Assembly: GCA_951406725.2 (NCBI GenBank)
Contig: OX597817.1
Location: forward strand, 113,150,001 to 113,214,000
Source: Octopus vulgaris
Lineage: Eukaryota
Direction of reading: 5' to 3'
DNA: 64,000 bases
The position numbers and the translations under genes were made by a program. Within the stretch, counting starts at the first letter, position 1; each line of letters opens with the position of its first letter. Below the pieces are notes generated by a model that searched no databases, had not been told where the DNA came from, and saw nothing but the letters and a program-made list of their open reading frames with translations. Below, piece by piece: positions 1-12,534 of this stretch.

Positions 1-754
1 CCTTGCTGAAAATACTTACCTTACTTTTAAAAGAATCCTAATAATTAATTTAAGTTGCTAGTGCCAGAACTAAATAAGTTTGTTTTAAATGCATGTGTGT
101 GTGTATGTGTTAAACAAACCAATTTAATTTTGTCAGAATTTGTAATATATTATAGAGCTACTATACTTCCATGAATAAAAAATTAATAATAATTCTGTAA
201 GATATAGCAAAATCTGAAACTGCAAAGATGAATCTTGCTTTCTGTCTATAAGAACATAAATCTATATCATAACCCTTTTGTATGTGTGTGTGTGTGTGTA
301 CAAATATCCATTTATTTGGCTTTTACCATGTTGACATGGGTTGTATAAAACTTTTAGTAGAGTTCAGATTTTCTAGTCAGATGTTCTTCCAATCATCAAC
401 CCTTACCTGATTTCCAAATAAGGCATATATCTCACCCACCCATCCTCATTCCACTAGACCTCAAATATCAAAAGCTAAAGGTATGGGACTTTTTGCTTAG
501 TAGAAGCTGGTAAACAAGGACACTGTTTTTGCTCAGATTGTGTTGATTGGAACCTGTGGAATGGCTACCCAATGCAATAATCAATGAGCATTTTATCAGC
601 TTGTGGTGAAAAAACAAAAAATATACACATATCTTTTCAATCAGTTTGAACATATTGCCTTGTAGTATGTATGCTATTATAGCATAGATGGTGAAAAAAC
701 AATAAAACATTGCTGTAATTTTTCTGTGACAAGTTGATAAATTTTCTGTACATA

Positions 755-1160
755 GGCGCAGGAGTGGCTGTGTGGTAAGTAGCTTGCTTAACAACCACAT
801 GGTTCCGGGTTCAGTCCCACTGCGTGGTATCTTGGGCAAGTGTCTTCTACTATAGCCTCGGGCCAACCAAAGCCTTGTGAGTGGATTTGGTAGACGGAAA
901 CTGAAAGAAGCCCGTCGTATATATGTATGTATATGTGTGTGTGTATGTTTGTGTGTCTGTGTTTGTCCCCCTAGCATTGCTTGACAACCGATGCTGGTGT
1001 GTTTACGTCCCTGTCACTTAGCAGTTCGGCAAAAGAGACCAATAGAATAAGTACTGGGCTTACAAAGAATAAGTCCTGGGGTTGATTTGCTCGACTAAAG
1101 GCGGTGCTCCAACATGGCCACAGTCAAATGACTGAAACAAGTAAAAGAGTAAAAGAGTAA
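755..1160 (+). mobile_element. tRNA-derived SINE, family A (octopus OK-like), full length
   Basis: Head GGCGCAGGAGTGGCTGTGTGG (A-box-like) and GGTTCAGTCCC (B-box-like), internal (TA)/(TG) tract, 3' tail ...CAGTCAAATGACTGAAACAAG(TAAAAGAG)n. Near-identical copies at 8428, 27309 and 30583. Confidence 0.9.
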
Positions 1161-1807
1161 TTGTTATACTCTCTTAAGATTTTAAAACACACCCATTTGA
1201 ATTGAGAAATAATCTCTGTAGAAAATAAACACCATGGATACATTTCACAGAATATTTAAGAGTAATTCTGTCACCAATTGTTCATTCATGAATCCCTGAA
1301 TAATTAACAATATATATCCTTATATATGTTTCTGCATGTGCGTGCGTGCATGTGTGTGTGTGTGTATGTGTGCATGCGTGAAACATTTTATTTTGTTGCT
1401 TTAATTGGCTGCAATGGAATTTGTTCATTAGAATGAATTTGTTAGATGAAAATTTTGTTGTAACAAAAACAGAATTGTCTAATTTCCATGGTTGTCATAC
1501 TCATCAGTAGCAGAAGCAAAAGCTGCCTCATTAATACCCTTAACAATCTTATAGCTTTAAGCTGAATTAAAATCGTTTTTTAAGAGAATTTTATAAAATG
1601 TGAACCTGTAATATCTGTAAGAATTAAATTCAGTTAAATTGCCACTCATTCACAATTCCCCATGAATTGCTCCTGTTTAAACATTATTTACAACTGAAAT
1701 AGATGTTGATGTAATTCAAAGACAGGTAGCTAATTACTATAAGTTGAGTCTGTGGTGAAAAGCTGAGGCATTAAAGTTATTGTTGCTTTCTTTAGTTTGT
1801 TTTCATT

Positions 1808-2060
1808 CTTTTATTCTCTTACTTGTTTCAGTCATTTGAATGTGGCCATGCTGGAGCACTGCCTTGAAGAGTTTTAGTCAAACAAATCAACCCCAAGACG
1901 TTTTTTTTCTTCTAAGCCTTGTACTTATTCTATCAGTCTCTTTTGCCAAACCACTAAATTACAGGGACATAAACACCCCAACGCCAGTTGTCAAATGGTG
2001 ATGGGGTGCAAAGGCACACACACACATAGATATGTGACACAAAGGCATACACACAGAGAT
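1808..2060 (-). mobile_element. SINE family A, 3' half, diverged
   Basis: Reverse complement of the family A tail (ACTTGTTTCAGTCATTTGAATGTGGCCATGCTGGAGCAC...). Confidence 0.8.
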
Positions 2061-2267
2061 ATATGTTTGTTTTTCTTTCTTCCCCTTTTTTTCCTTCTAT
2101 TTTTCAAAAAATGTTTACAGTGAAATTAATTTATCACTCACTATCTTCTATTAAATTGTTGTATTAACAATACTACAAATTATTTTTATCATATGTTTTT
2201 ATTGTGTTGCCTTTCAAAATGAATCTATCAGTATATCTGAATAACATAGAAGTTAGCCTTAACTGTG

Positions 2268-2480
2268 TTGTTTTTGTTGTTGATGTTGTTGTTAAGCTTC
2301 ATATCAGCTTCAACCAAACAGACCTATGATCAAAGGCATTCCAGCTGTGACCATTGCTGTCTTTTATTCAAACATGAACTGCATTAACCTATCTGCACTT
2401 CTCTTTTAAAAACAATAAGTATGATTTGAAGAATATTTAGCTTCTATTTGTAGCATGTAGAGACTCCCTTGTTGGTTTGT
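2268..2480 (-). mobile_element. Old SINE-like repeat, family D ((AAC)n tail)
   Basis: Motif CAGACCTATGATCAAAGGCATTCCAGCTGTGACC recurs in diverged form near 10690, 17530, 22160, 33780, 41470, 44835, 45085, 58590 and 61095. Confidence 0.65.
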
Positions 2481-3080
2481 TGCCATAAATTCTCTACTAA
2501 GTCAGCGGGATATGGTGTATTTGTTCATTCTTTCCGTTATAGAAAAGATGTAACATAAATTATTTTCTTGTCTTCGTGCATGCTCAACATTAGAATATAC
2601 AAATCAATTCACTTTTATATCTACAGACAATATTTAATTTGTTTTTGTATTTTGTTTGTTTGTTTGTTTTTTTTTGGGGGGGGGGGGGGATTTTCTTTTG
2701 TTTTTTGTTTTTTATTGCTTTCCAAATGTAGAAAAAGGGAGGAAAGTTTTAAGCGCATAAAAGACAAAAAGAAAATTATTAAGTTACAATTGTTTGCAAA
2801 AAGGTTTATTTTGATTTTTGTTTCTAGGCATTGATTTATGAACCTTTTATTTATCCACTTTTTTAAAACTAGCAGCTTCGGCATATAAAGTTAATTTTCT
2901 TATGCTTTCATTTTGTCATGATATTTTCTCTGCTGTCAGTATAGTTTATGATAGATTTACTGATACAGATGTTTCTTCATTGTATTTTAGAACAGCATAG
3001 TCTTCTCGATACTAACCCTTGGATCATAAAATTGAAAGTACATTTAATTTATTTATTTATTTATATATATATATATATAT

Positions 3081-3274
3081 CAGTCACCATGATAGATCAG
3101 TAGCCACTACTACACACATTTTTTTCTCTCCTTGTTTTTTTCTGTGTCCCTTTCTGTAGAAGAGCATAGGCTCGAAACGTAAAAGACTTTTTCAATTCCT
3201 TAGCATTATACTAATACATCTGTTTGTTTTCTACACCACCTGTCTTCGTCTTTTGTTTTTTTGTGAACTCTCCC
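3081..3274 (+). mobile_element. Penelope-like element 3' terminal (pLTR) fragment inside (TA)n
   Basis: Colinear with the reverse complement of 35432-35630, the 3' end of the Penelope RT/GIY-YIG element. Flanked by (TA)n on both sides. Confidence 0.8.
3150..3185 (+). ncRNA. Hammerhead-like motif with variant core
   Basis: CTTT-CTGTAGA-A-GAGC ATAG GCTC-GAAA-C-GTA-AAAG: helix I CTTT/AAAG, helix II GAGC/GCTC, palindromic ACGT helix III. Core reads CUGUAGA instead of CUGANGA. Confidence 0.5.
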
Positions 3275-4797
3275 TATATATATATATATATATAAGTTTA
3301 ACTTGAGTCTTCTAGAATAATATGGTTCCCTTATTGTCTGTGAGAGGATTTGAGCTTTTGGTCTGGACTAATATCAGCATGCCTTGTTCCATGACAAATT
3401 TCTGTTATGTTCTATACAGTATTATTGGTCTAAAATTGACTTTGAAATGGGAAGTATAGCTATATTCTACACTCAATATCTAGTTTTGTAAGAGGATTGA
3501 AGTAATTAATGTCTATCATTAGGTCTATCATTAGCACATACATATGTGCTTCATAAAGCAGTAGTTTAATATTAATAAAATAAATCATTAGCTTCATAAT
3601 CACTTGAATACTAAAGTACTAAACATGATAGATCACATAAAGACTTAAAACACCAACATATGTATAGTAATATGTATAATAGATGTTTTGATTAATAATG
3701 TATTAATGCTTTAAGCAGTGTTTTGTTTTGGTGCTACAATATTTGACAGAATACCTACAAAATATGGTGAAACAATTAAACCAGTATCAATCTGATGTCA
3801 GGCTTTAATCAGCAATTCAGTATCTCCATATAACTACCCACAGACATGTTGTAGATATAGGTATTGTTATTAGGAGCTTGTGTAAATCAGATAAACCAAT
3901 TTAGATTTATCATTTAGTAGCAATATAGCAACAAATAGTTTATCTTCTATTTGAGCTTCTGGTTATTTTACAATGCATTTAGAGACTGATTTTCAATTTA
4001 TCACTATTGTTTTATGTACCAAGTATTTACTATTACATACCTAATGACTGATAACAGCTATTTGTCGTTATTACTTACTATTTACAAAGGCTGTAACAAC
4101 ATACCATAAAACATCTAGTCTGGAACACTACTATTAGTAACCAATATAACAGCCATCTGAAAATTAGAAATATGACAGAATGCAATAAAGACTGACATAT
4201 GATATAAACATGTAATAAACTACAGGCACACTACAGTGCACTGCAAAACACATTATTCAGCTTGTCTCTTGGAGGATAACATTGATTGATGTTGAGCCAG
4301 TATTCTATCTTCATTTAAGGATTTAACTTTGATGGAGATAACTAATCAAGTTATTGATCTGAGCTAAGATTAGTTATGTAAAGGACATATGATAGACAAA
4401 AACATCTGTGCTGCTTAATTTCATTGGATTCCAAAATGAAACGAAATTAAAATAATATCTAAGCCAACAAATAGTATGGAGAAATCATAATTCAGTAGAA
4501 AATATTGAAAATGTGAATTTGAGAGGATTACTAAAATATAGAAATAAACTAATGACTCAGATATATTATTTTTATTAGTTAATTTATTTTGTATTACTTT
4601 TTTGAAAAATAGCCAAATAGCCATGCAGTTGTGAATGCCAAAATCAGTATACGGCTACCAACAATTTTGCTTGCTAAGTTCCATATTTGAGTACACTTAT
4701 GTTTAAAACAAAACATGGTATTTTTGCCATTACTCTATTGACTCTTTAGAATTCATCTTCTCTTATGATATTTAACCTTAGGGTGATAAAAATCTTA

Positions 4798-4829
<32 letters not shown>

Positions 4830-4862
4830 CTTTATTTTAAGCAGCAGAAAATTCAACAAAAT

Positions 4863-4900
4863 CTGTTACTCTGAGTTTCTCGTTGCCGTTCATCAGACAG
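4863..4900 (-). ncRNA. Type I minimal hammerhead ribozyme (antisense copy)
   Basis: Exact reverse complement of 4937-4974. Confidence 0.7.
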
Positions 4901-4936
4901 TTTTAACTGTCTGATGAACGGCAACGAGAAACTCAA

Positions 4937-4974
4937 CTGTCTGATGAACGGCAACGAGAAACTCAGAGTAACAG
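4937..4974 (+). ncRNA. Type I minimal hammerhead ribozyme
   Basis: CTGT-CTGATGA-ACGGCAACGA-GAAA-CTCAGA-GTA-ACAG: helix I CTGT/ACAG, intact CUGAUGA and GAAA, helix III ACTC-A-GAGT, GUA cleavage triplet. Confidence 0.75.
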
Positions 4975-5381
4975 ATTTTGTTGAATTTTCTGCTGCTTAA
5001 AATAAAGCATATTACTCTACCACTGGTATTTGAGTACTCTTTTTTCCACCTTGTTTCACATTTATGTGTTTACTCCGGTCTATATATATATATATATAAA
5101 TTTATGTGGTGATCTTGTTAAAAATAACTTAAGAAAAAATCATTTTCAAACAAAAAATACATTTTATCACCTATTTGTTTTCACAAATTTACACAATATG
5201 TAAACTTATTCATTACCATTTCCCGTAACACTAGTTTTTATACTCTTACTTAATATTTCATTAATTTAATATTATCTTTATTACATTTCAATATACCTAT
5301 TTTTACAAAAATAGACAGTAACTCTCATTATCCATTTTACAGGAGATTTGTAATGGCATCGTTCAGAGAGCGTATCTAAAG

Positions 5382-5610
5382 CAGTGGTTGTCAAACGTGG
5401 TCCATATGACCCTTAGGGGTTCATATAAAATTTTGTTGTTAAAATTTATCTGCAATAAATTAGTTATACTTCTACAATACACGAAATATTTTAATAATTT
5501 CTTAATACAATTCCTAATAATGTTATAAACGTATAATATAATTTTTAGACATCATATGGTTTGAACAGTACATCCAAGTAAAATAATAATCAAAGGAACA
5601 TTGATCTAAA
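5382..5610. mobile_element. hAT/Charlie-like MITE end (one TIR only)
   Basis: CAGTGGTTGTCAAAC terminus preceded by ATCTAAAG. No second TIR found, so the right boundary is approximate. Confidence 0.4.
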
Positions 5611-6609
5611 CCATGTTAACTTGCCAAGGCCATTCCATCTCTGCCTAAACCCATAAGAGGAAACTGAATTAAGCAAGGCAGATAATGAAACACAGGCACA
5701 ATGTCATAACGGGGGTGGAGAACAGGTTGTTTGTATCAACCCAGTTCTTGACTGCTACTTATTTATTGACCTCTGGAAGGATAAAAGGCAGTTCAAAACA
5801 TAAAAGGCCATAAATAAATAATTCAGAGTATTTTGTTTGATGTTCTAACAGTTCTGACAATTTGCTGTCTGCAGTTATTGCTACTGTTTTTGACATAAAA
5901 CTGTTCCTACTCTGTAAGTGCTTGTGACATGCAATGAGCTTTTGACTTGTATCAAGTCATACATCTAAACATTTCCTTTTATTATTATTTTCTTTTTCTG
6001 CTTATAGATTATACCTTAGTATTTAAGTTGGTGTTAACATACACAATGCAGTGAGCAGTCAAAAAAAACTACTTAGAAATGTTTATGTGGTAAGGAAAAG
6101 TCAACATTGGTTCAGCGAGTAAATATTATTTCAATCATTTTAGCAAGTATGGGAGACAACTCTGGATACGTTTCGGTGTAATTAGACTGCCTCAACCAAG
6201 TATAGACTTCACTGTATTTATTGAAGTAGTGATGAGAATCATTGAATAGACATATTTTATTATACACCAGTAGTAATAAAAAATGAGCATATTTAAAAAT
6301 AACTGATATCAACAACTTCTGTAATTTATTTCTATCTTAGTACGAAAAGGATGGTGATTAAGTCAAATAGCATCAATCAGAATACATGCATACCTCATCT
6401 TAAATCATTCCGAGTTATGTCTTTTTCAACTTTACTTTGACCTCTGAAAACATTTAAAAGCATTTTTTTTTTTAAAAAGCACCTAACAATTACCACTGAG
6501 TTGGGCAAAAATCAAATAAAAATACATGTTTTAATAAATCATTTATCAAAACAGGTAATAATAATGATAATAATAATAGTAATAATATCCAAGAATTCAT
6601 AATTCCTGA

Positions 6610-7180
6610 AGGAGAAGCCCCTCTCCAAACTCCTTCTGCCACTGGCTGTCTCTGGCCAGTCATGACCATGTAGGCTCCAGGTAGCGGATGAGATCATCTC
6701 ACCATCTTGTCTTTGGTGTCAACCTCTTGATTTTGTCCATTCTCTTGGTGAGCATTTCATCACCCTGATTGTCCATCTGTTGTCCTTCAGTCACATGATG
6801 TAGCCAGCTCATCTATATTTATCCTCTTTGATGGTTCTTATGATGTTGTTGACTTTTATGTGCTGTCAAATGCGAACATTGGTTTTCTTGTCCCACAATG
6901 TAATGCTAAACATGATTTGTTCCATTTTCGGTTGGGCTGCAATGAGGACATTCATGATGGTAGTGTTGAGAGCCCATGTTTCACTGCTATAAATCATCAC
7001 TGGCAGGATGTACTTGCTGAAGATCTTTCTTTTAATTTTCATGGAAGCCTTGGGACTTCTCATGAGGTTTTCCACCTTACATCCTCTACATTCAGTACTC
7101 ATGTTTTGCTCCTTAACAGTGCTGTACTTCATATACAAGCATCATGCATGTTGACCTTCACCTGAGAAAAAACATATCTT
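6610..7180 (-). pseudogene. RTE-clade LINE fragment (post-RT C-terminal region)
   Basis: ORF 6866-7138 ...KRKIFSKYILPVMIYSSETWAL... (YGxETW motif). Downstream frame-broken AGYIM*LKDNRWTIRV matches the RTE WAGHxxRxxDNRW motif. Confidence 0.8.
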
Positions 7181-7961
7181 TGATGAGCATGAAACTTTTC
7201 CAACCTATTTATGTCACCAAGGTAAATAAACTATCAATTATTTCCGGTGAGTCCTCTGAGCATTTGAAGAAATTTATTTCATGAGTGCTCTTGCTGCTAA
7301 CTGCTTTTGTCCTTATATTATATATGAAGTTTCTCCTCTATCAGCTTCTTTGCTACTGCATCTCTTCTGCACCCTAAGTTTAATGTGGATAGACCATATA
7401 GCATTCCTACATGCTCCTTTTCTGCATATAGTATGACAACATTTCAGATGATAACAAAATTTTGTCTTCTTTCCTGTTAACTAGAATATTTGTCTTTGTT
7501 AGTTGTAATGTAAGACCTCTTGGTTTTAGGTTTTGCTTTCATATTTGAAATTTCTCTAAATCTTTTACAAATGCACCGTGAAAATTAGGTCATCAGCATG
7601 CAGAAATTCTCATAGACAGGCACTCTTAAACACCTCTATTATGATCTGGAGAACTATAATAAGCAGGAGGGTACTGAGAATTAAGCCCTATTGCCACCTA
7701 CTTGCAGGTTAAATTCACTACTGAACTTGTTAAATTACATCTTGTTAACATTTCTTTGCATGGTATGCACAGAACTCTGGTCATTCATCTACATATAGTT
7801 TTGTTAGTGACTAACAGACCATAGAGTGTGGCACACTGTCAAAAGCCTTCTCCAGAATCAAAAAATGCTAGATATAGGAGCTTGTTCTTAGGAAAAAGAC
7901 AAGGACTATAATTTATTCCAGGATGAAAAAAAAAATGAAGAGGGATAAAGATCTTTCCCAA

Positions 7962-8175
7962 GTCATATAGATTCATAGAGCTGGTTTCCCAGTTTCTGTG
8001 GTGTATATATTCCCCACCTGGACATGATGCCACTCTGTCACAGGATTACTCATTTTTGCCAGCTCAGGGAACTGGAGCAACATGAAATGAAGTATTTTCC
8101 TCAAGAACACAACACATTTCCTGACCCAGGAATTGAAACCACAATATCGTAACCATTAAGCCATGCAACTTCACT
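7962..8175 (-). mobile_element. tRNA-derived SINE, family C
   Basis: GGAGCAACATGAAATGAAGTATTTTCCTCAAGAACACAAC...GGAATTGAAACC (reverse B-box). Homologs at 28240-28495 and 61190-61428. Confidence 0.7.
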
Positions 8176-8427
8176 TAATTTTTTCTGCAAATTAATAATT
8201 ATTCATGCCTAATAGACATTTTATGTATTGTTTACATATACACTCGAGGTTTCAGATATTTTATTGCATGATAAGAAAGGAATGAGAATTTGTGAGATTC
8301 ATGGAGTTTTTTTTCTCACCACAATTCTATGAAGTTTGTCAATAAGAATTCATAATTTCCATACTTATTTGATTAAGGCAATTATTTTTCTGAATTGTCC
8401 CACTTTCGTGTCAAGTTCAATGTTTGT

Positions 8428-8841
8428 TTACTCTTTTACTCTTTTACTTGTTTCAGTCATTTGACTGCGGCCATGCTGGAGCACCGCCTTTAGTCGAGCA
8501 AATCGACCCCGGGACTTATTCTTTGTAAGCCCAGTACTTATTCTATCGGTCTCTTTTGCTGAACCGCTAAGTGACGGGGACGTAAACACACCAGCATCGG
8601 TTGTCAAGCAATGCTAGGGGGACAAACACACACACACAAACATACATACAAATACATATACATATATACATATATACGACAGGCTTCTTTCAGTTTCCGT
8701 CTACCAAATCCGTTCACAAGGCATTGGTCGGCCCGAGGCTATAGCAGAAGACACTTGCCCAAGATGCCACGCAGTGGGACTGAACCCGGAACCATGTGGT
8801 TGTTAAGCAAGCTACTTACCACACAGCCACTCCTGCGCCTA
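8428..8841 (-). mobile_element. SINE family A, full length, young
   Basis: Reverse complement of 755-1160 with CpGs retained. Confidence 0.9.
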
Positions 8842-10689
8842 TTTCTTTACTTTTCTTTTTCTTTTCTTTTCCATTAAGGTTAATTGATGTATTTTCTTGT
8901 TGCAAAAGTGGTAGATAAAATGTAATTAGAAAAATGATAATACATCATGGAAATCAAAATTTGTTTTCTATATGTTTTGTTATGTGGAAACTGACAAAAG
9001 ATTTTGTACACTACTGAACATTATTAGCCTTCTACTCTTGAGATTCTGTTCTTCACACAATATGGTTGCTAACCTCACATAATTGTAACAGAGTGCATTT
9101 ATTGTCAGTCACTATAACAGTACAATAATAGTGCAATTATATGTAATCTAACTAAACAAATTTTCTGACATTCTTGAAATAGAATTAATATACAGAATAC
9201 ACAGAGGATTAGATAACTTCTGTTTCTGTGTTTTTGTAGTTTTTGTATCACTTTCAATTACAGATGTTTCCTCTTTGTTCTCTATTGAATGTTCTGAATG
9301 CTAATATCAATTATACTGTCCAGAAACTCATAAAATATATTTAATCATCAACTCTCATTTTACTGTGAATTCCAAACCTCTCTATGGTATTATGTCTTCT
9401 ATAAAACTAAAAAGGTTTAATGATAGTTTAGCTTCTGTACTCAGAACATCCCAAGAAAGCTTATCAAAGTATTTATACTATCCCCTTGACCAAAGTACTG
9501 TACTCTCCGGGTCTTAGTTTTCTTCATAATGCTACATTTCCATTGCATTTCCTCTTCAGAAAACTCTTACAAGTTGATTAATTTACACAACTGCCATCAT
9601 CTAACTCGGAATATATTAGTAGTTCAGTGGGTGTTACATCTAGTAAAATGAACTTCTCTAAAAGTGACTCTGCTATCCTAGACTGTTGCAGCAGTTGTTT
9701 TTTTGATACCTGTATAAAACAGCTCATGATGGCACTTGATTTTACTGACTTTGTTTCCTTAAGTATGTTTATTTTCCTTGTCAATTGACTCTTTCTCCTT
9801 CTCTTGTTTTCTCTGCCTATTTTGACCATCTCTATCCTTTTGCATCAGTGTTTGTCCTTCTATTGCCATCAACTGTCTATATCACTGTTAATGTCACACC
9901 TTCTCACATCAATTTTGAGCAGCATATAAGCAGAAAGGCCTGTTTATAGGAATCCCACAATAGATTCTCTTTATAGAATGGTAAATACGTCCAAGATGTA
10001 TGCTGAAAGATCCTACTAATTCATGTAACTCTAGAATGTGCCATTGACAGAGAAGGTGGAGGCTTTCAAGTGCACTTTAGTCATGATCTTTCATATGTCT
10101 GTCAGCCTTCAACATCATAGACGAATGCTAAGGATGCAGGATTGGTACTCTTTCAATTTGTCAGCTGTTTATTAATCTACACACCTATATACTGCTAGGA
10201 GGTTGCTCCAGTGAAACTAACAATGTGCTCTTTTTAGCATCAGGTGATAGATTGTTGATAGTTAAACCAGCTGCTGTGGAAAAAGAAACAATATTTGTAA
10301 AATAAACTATATTTTGTATACTATTATGCAGTCTGTATTATAGCAGAAACACTTAACTTTTCACAAGATATTTTTCATTTCTTCTATTATATAAATATTA
10401 CTTTTGATTTGATTGATCCTTCAGTCATGTTTCCTGTCTTAAAAGAATGACAAGATCAGTTTCTTTACAGTTATTTTTATGTGAGTGTTTGAATGCATTG
10501 CTCTGCTGCTATGAATGTTGATCAATACCTAAGTTGCTAACAACATTAGTCTTGGAGATATCGGAATTGGAGAATGACCAACTAAATTTTCTGATAATTT
10601 TTATCTTCTTTCTTCATAATGTTTTTCACCCAATCATGTTTGTGTAGGCATATTGTTTTAGTTACTTGACTGGTAATTTGCTTTTCTTG

Positions 10690-10870
10690 TCACTGTTTAG
10701 CCCAAGGCCCATCCTGATTGAACAACAGACTTATGATCAAAAACATTCCAGCAATGACTATTTTATGCATGTGCATATCTAAAATGCCATTATCTAACAT
10801 GTTCTTCCTTTTTTAAGATAGTAGTGATTTGGTATGATTTGGTACCCACCTGCTAATCTGACAGATTGCA
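10690..10870 (-). mobile_element. Family D repeat, diverged
   Basis: TGTTTAGCCC...CAGACTTATGATCAAAAACATTCCAGC similarity to 2268-2480. Confidence 0.55.
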
Positions 10871-12205
10871 TGACCATGTAGAGGGTCTTGTGTCTCAAGA
10901 CAGATAACTTGTTTTTGTTTTTTTGTGATAGCAGTGGTGGTGCTGGTAGTGGCAGTGGTGGCTGCAGCAGCAATGATGCTGGTGATGGTAGCAGTAGTAA
11001 TGACAATGACTACGGTGGTGGTGGTAGTGGAGATGGTGGCATTTAAAATGATGCACCATTTTATGGTTAATTTTGCTATCAGTTGTGAAGCAGTTAAGTG
11101 AAATTAAACTGCAGTCTGAATGGATTGCTTTAGATTGACTGTGAAAGGGCTGTTTGCATTCTCCACAGAAAAAAAAAATATTTAACAAATATATAGCTGT
11201 GGCATATTTTGACACCAAGCAACTGAATCATTGGAAATTGCCAAGACTAGAAAGAGACCAAGATTTGATGTCAGGCTCCATTCTAGAGAGTCTGCTACAT
11301 TACTATATCATTTCAGGTAGCAACAGCAAGACCATTGATTGCATCAGGTCAGCAGCACAACCCTCACCAGATTTCAGAAAATCCCCTTAATATCAGCAGT
11401 GCTCAATGTCAGTGCAAGACTGAGGGTTGAGCAAACGGAACCAGCAGTGGCAGCAACATGAATTTAAATGGATCAAACTATGACAAGAAAAAAAAAATAC
11501 ATTAGAACCATCAACTGCACAGACTCCTTCATTGAAAATTTGGATGAGATTTCAAAAGAAAATATTTTTTTGTTGCTGCTTCTGTTATTTTTGTTACAGG
11601 CCTCCATTATTGTATATCAATATGAGTATAGGCCGATAGTTTCTCTTGTGAACATGACTTGAAGTATCAATACTCATATGATCTTTATACGTGTATACAT
11701 ATATATATACACACACACAAATATATATATATATATGTATATATATAATATGTATGTGCATACAGATTATTTATATATATATATATATATAATGTGTATA
11801 CATATATGCATACACACACACACGCATGCACGCACACACATATGCATCTTTTCACCTCTGCTACACCCACCCCAATTCCTTTTTAGTTCTTTTACTTGTC
11901 TCTTCCTGTCTCTTTGTATAGCCAGCTACTTTGCTAATTGATTTAATGAGATTCCTGGCCACCAGTGATTCTTCCTTTCACCACACCAACTTTACTTTTT
12001 TCCCACCTCTCTGTGTTTCACCTATTCTATCTCTAGAAACCTTTCTTTCTCTCCTTACCTTACATTTCTTCTTCTCTGCCTCTATTCCCCCTTCTTACAC
12101 CACTTATATCTTCCCTCTCCCTGTCTTTTGCTTTTATCCTTGCTCCTATCTCTCTTCAACTTGTAAATCTCTCACACTGCTATGCTAACTGTTTTTGCCA
12201 ATTTT

Positions 12206-12350
12206 CTCTTGATGAAGGGAGCCAGACTTATAGTAATATCTCTGTAATTATTTACTGGTTGTATACCCAAGAAATTTTTCACATTCCATCTGCAAATTAT
12301 GAACATTATTATTATTATGTAATTCCAAGCTTCCTGAAACAACTGTCAAG
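12206..12350 (+). ncRNA. Decayed type I hammerhead with large helix II insert (Penelope-type pLTR remnant)
   Basis: TTGATGA-AGGGAGC...about 106 nt...GCTTCCT-GAAA-CAACT-GTC. The 7-bp helix II sits exactly between the two core boxes. Preceded by a pyrimidine-rich tract like that of the 35.4-kb Penelope 3' UTR. Confidence 0.55.
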
Positions 12351-12534
12351 TTAAGAAACTATGTATTCTTTTCTCAATATTCTGTACTTGTTATGCTCTA
12401 TGTAGATATATAGTATATGTGTATGTATATATTTGCATATATGTATGTGTATGTATATATGTCTGTATACATTTGTTCATATGTGTGTATATATAGATAT
12501 ATATATATATATGTATTTATATTATTTTTTTTAT

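Larger units (their letters stand above)
4830..5080 (+). mobile_element. Penelope-type pLTR/retrozyme-like unit with inverted 5' copy, inserted in (TA)n
   Basis: 73-bp perfect inverted repeat 4830-4902/4935-5007, 30-bp tandem duplication 4905-4934/4935-4964, (TA)n on both flanks, hammerhead motifs. Confidence 0.75.

Noticed and set aside
755-830. tRNA gene candidates at SINE heads
   Set aside because: A/B boxes are present but there is no complete cloverleaf, and each continues into a SINE body.
468-977. 169-aa ORF and similar ORFs at 8611, 24404, 30614, 30676 and 43993
   Set aside because: Antisense read-through of SINE family A. The recurring peptide reflects the repeat, not a gene family.
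4905-4964. 30-bp direct repeat resembling a CRISPR repeat
   Set aside because: No spacer, only two units, eukaryotic context, no cas genes. Explained by the hammerhead unit duplication.
9700-10280. Possible decayed RTE/LINE sequence
   Set aside because: I could not recover a convincing conserved motif by eye.
10794-11218. His/Pro-rich ORFs
   Set aside because: Degenerate trinucleotide repeat (GTG/GCA/GAT).
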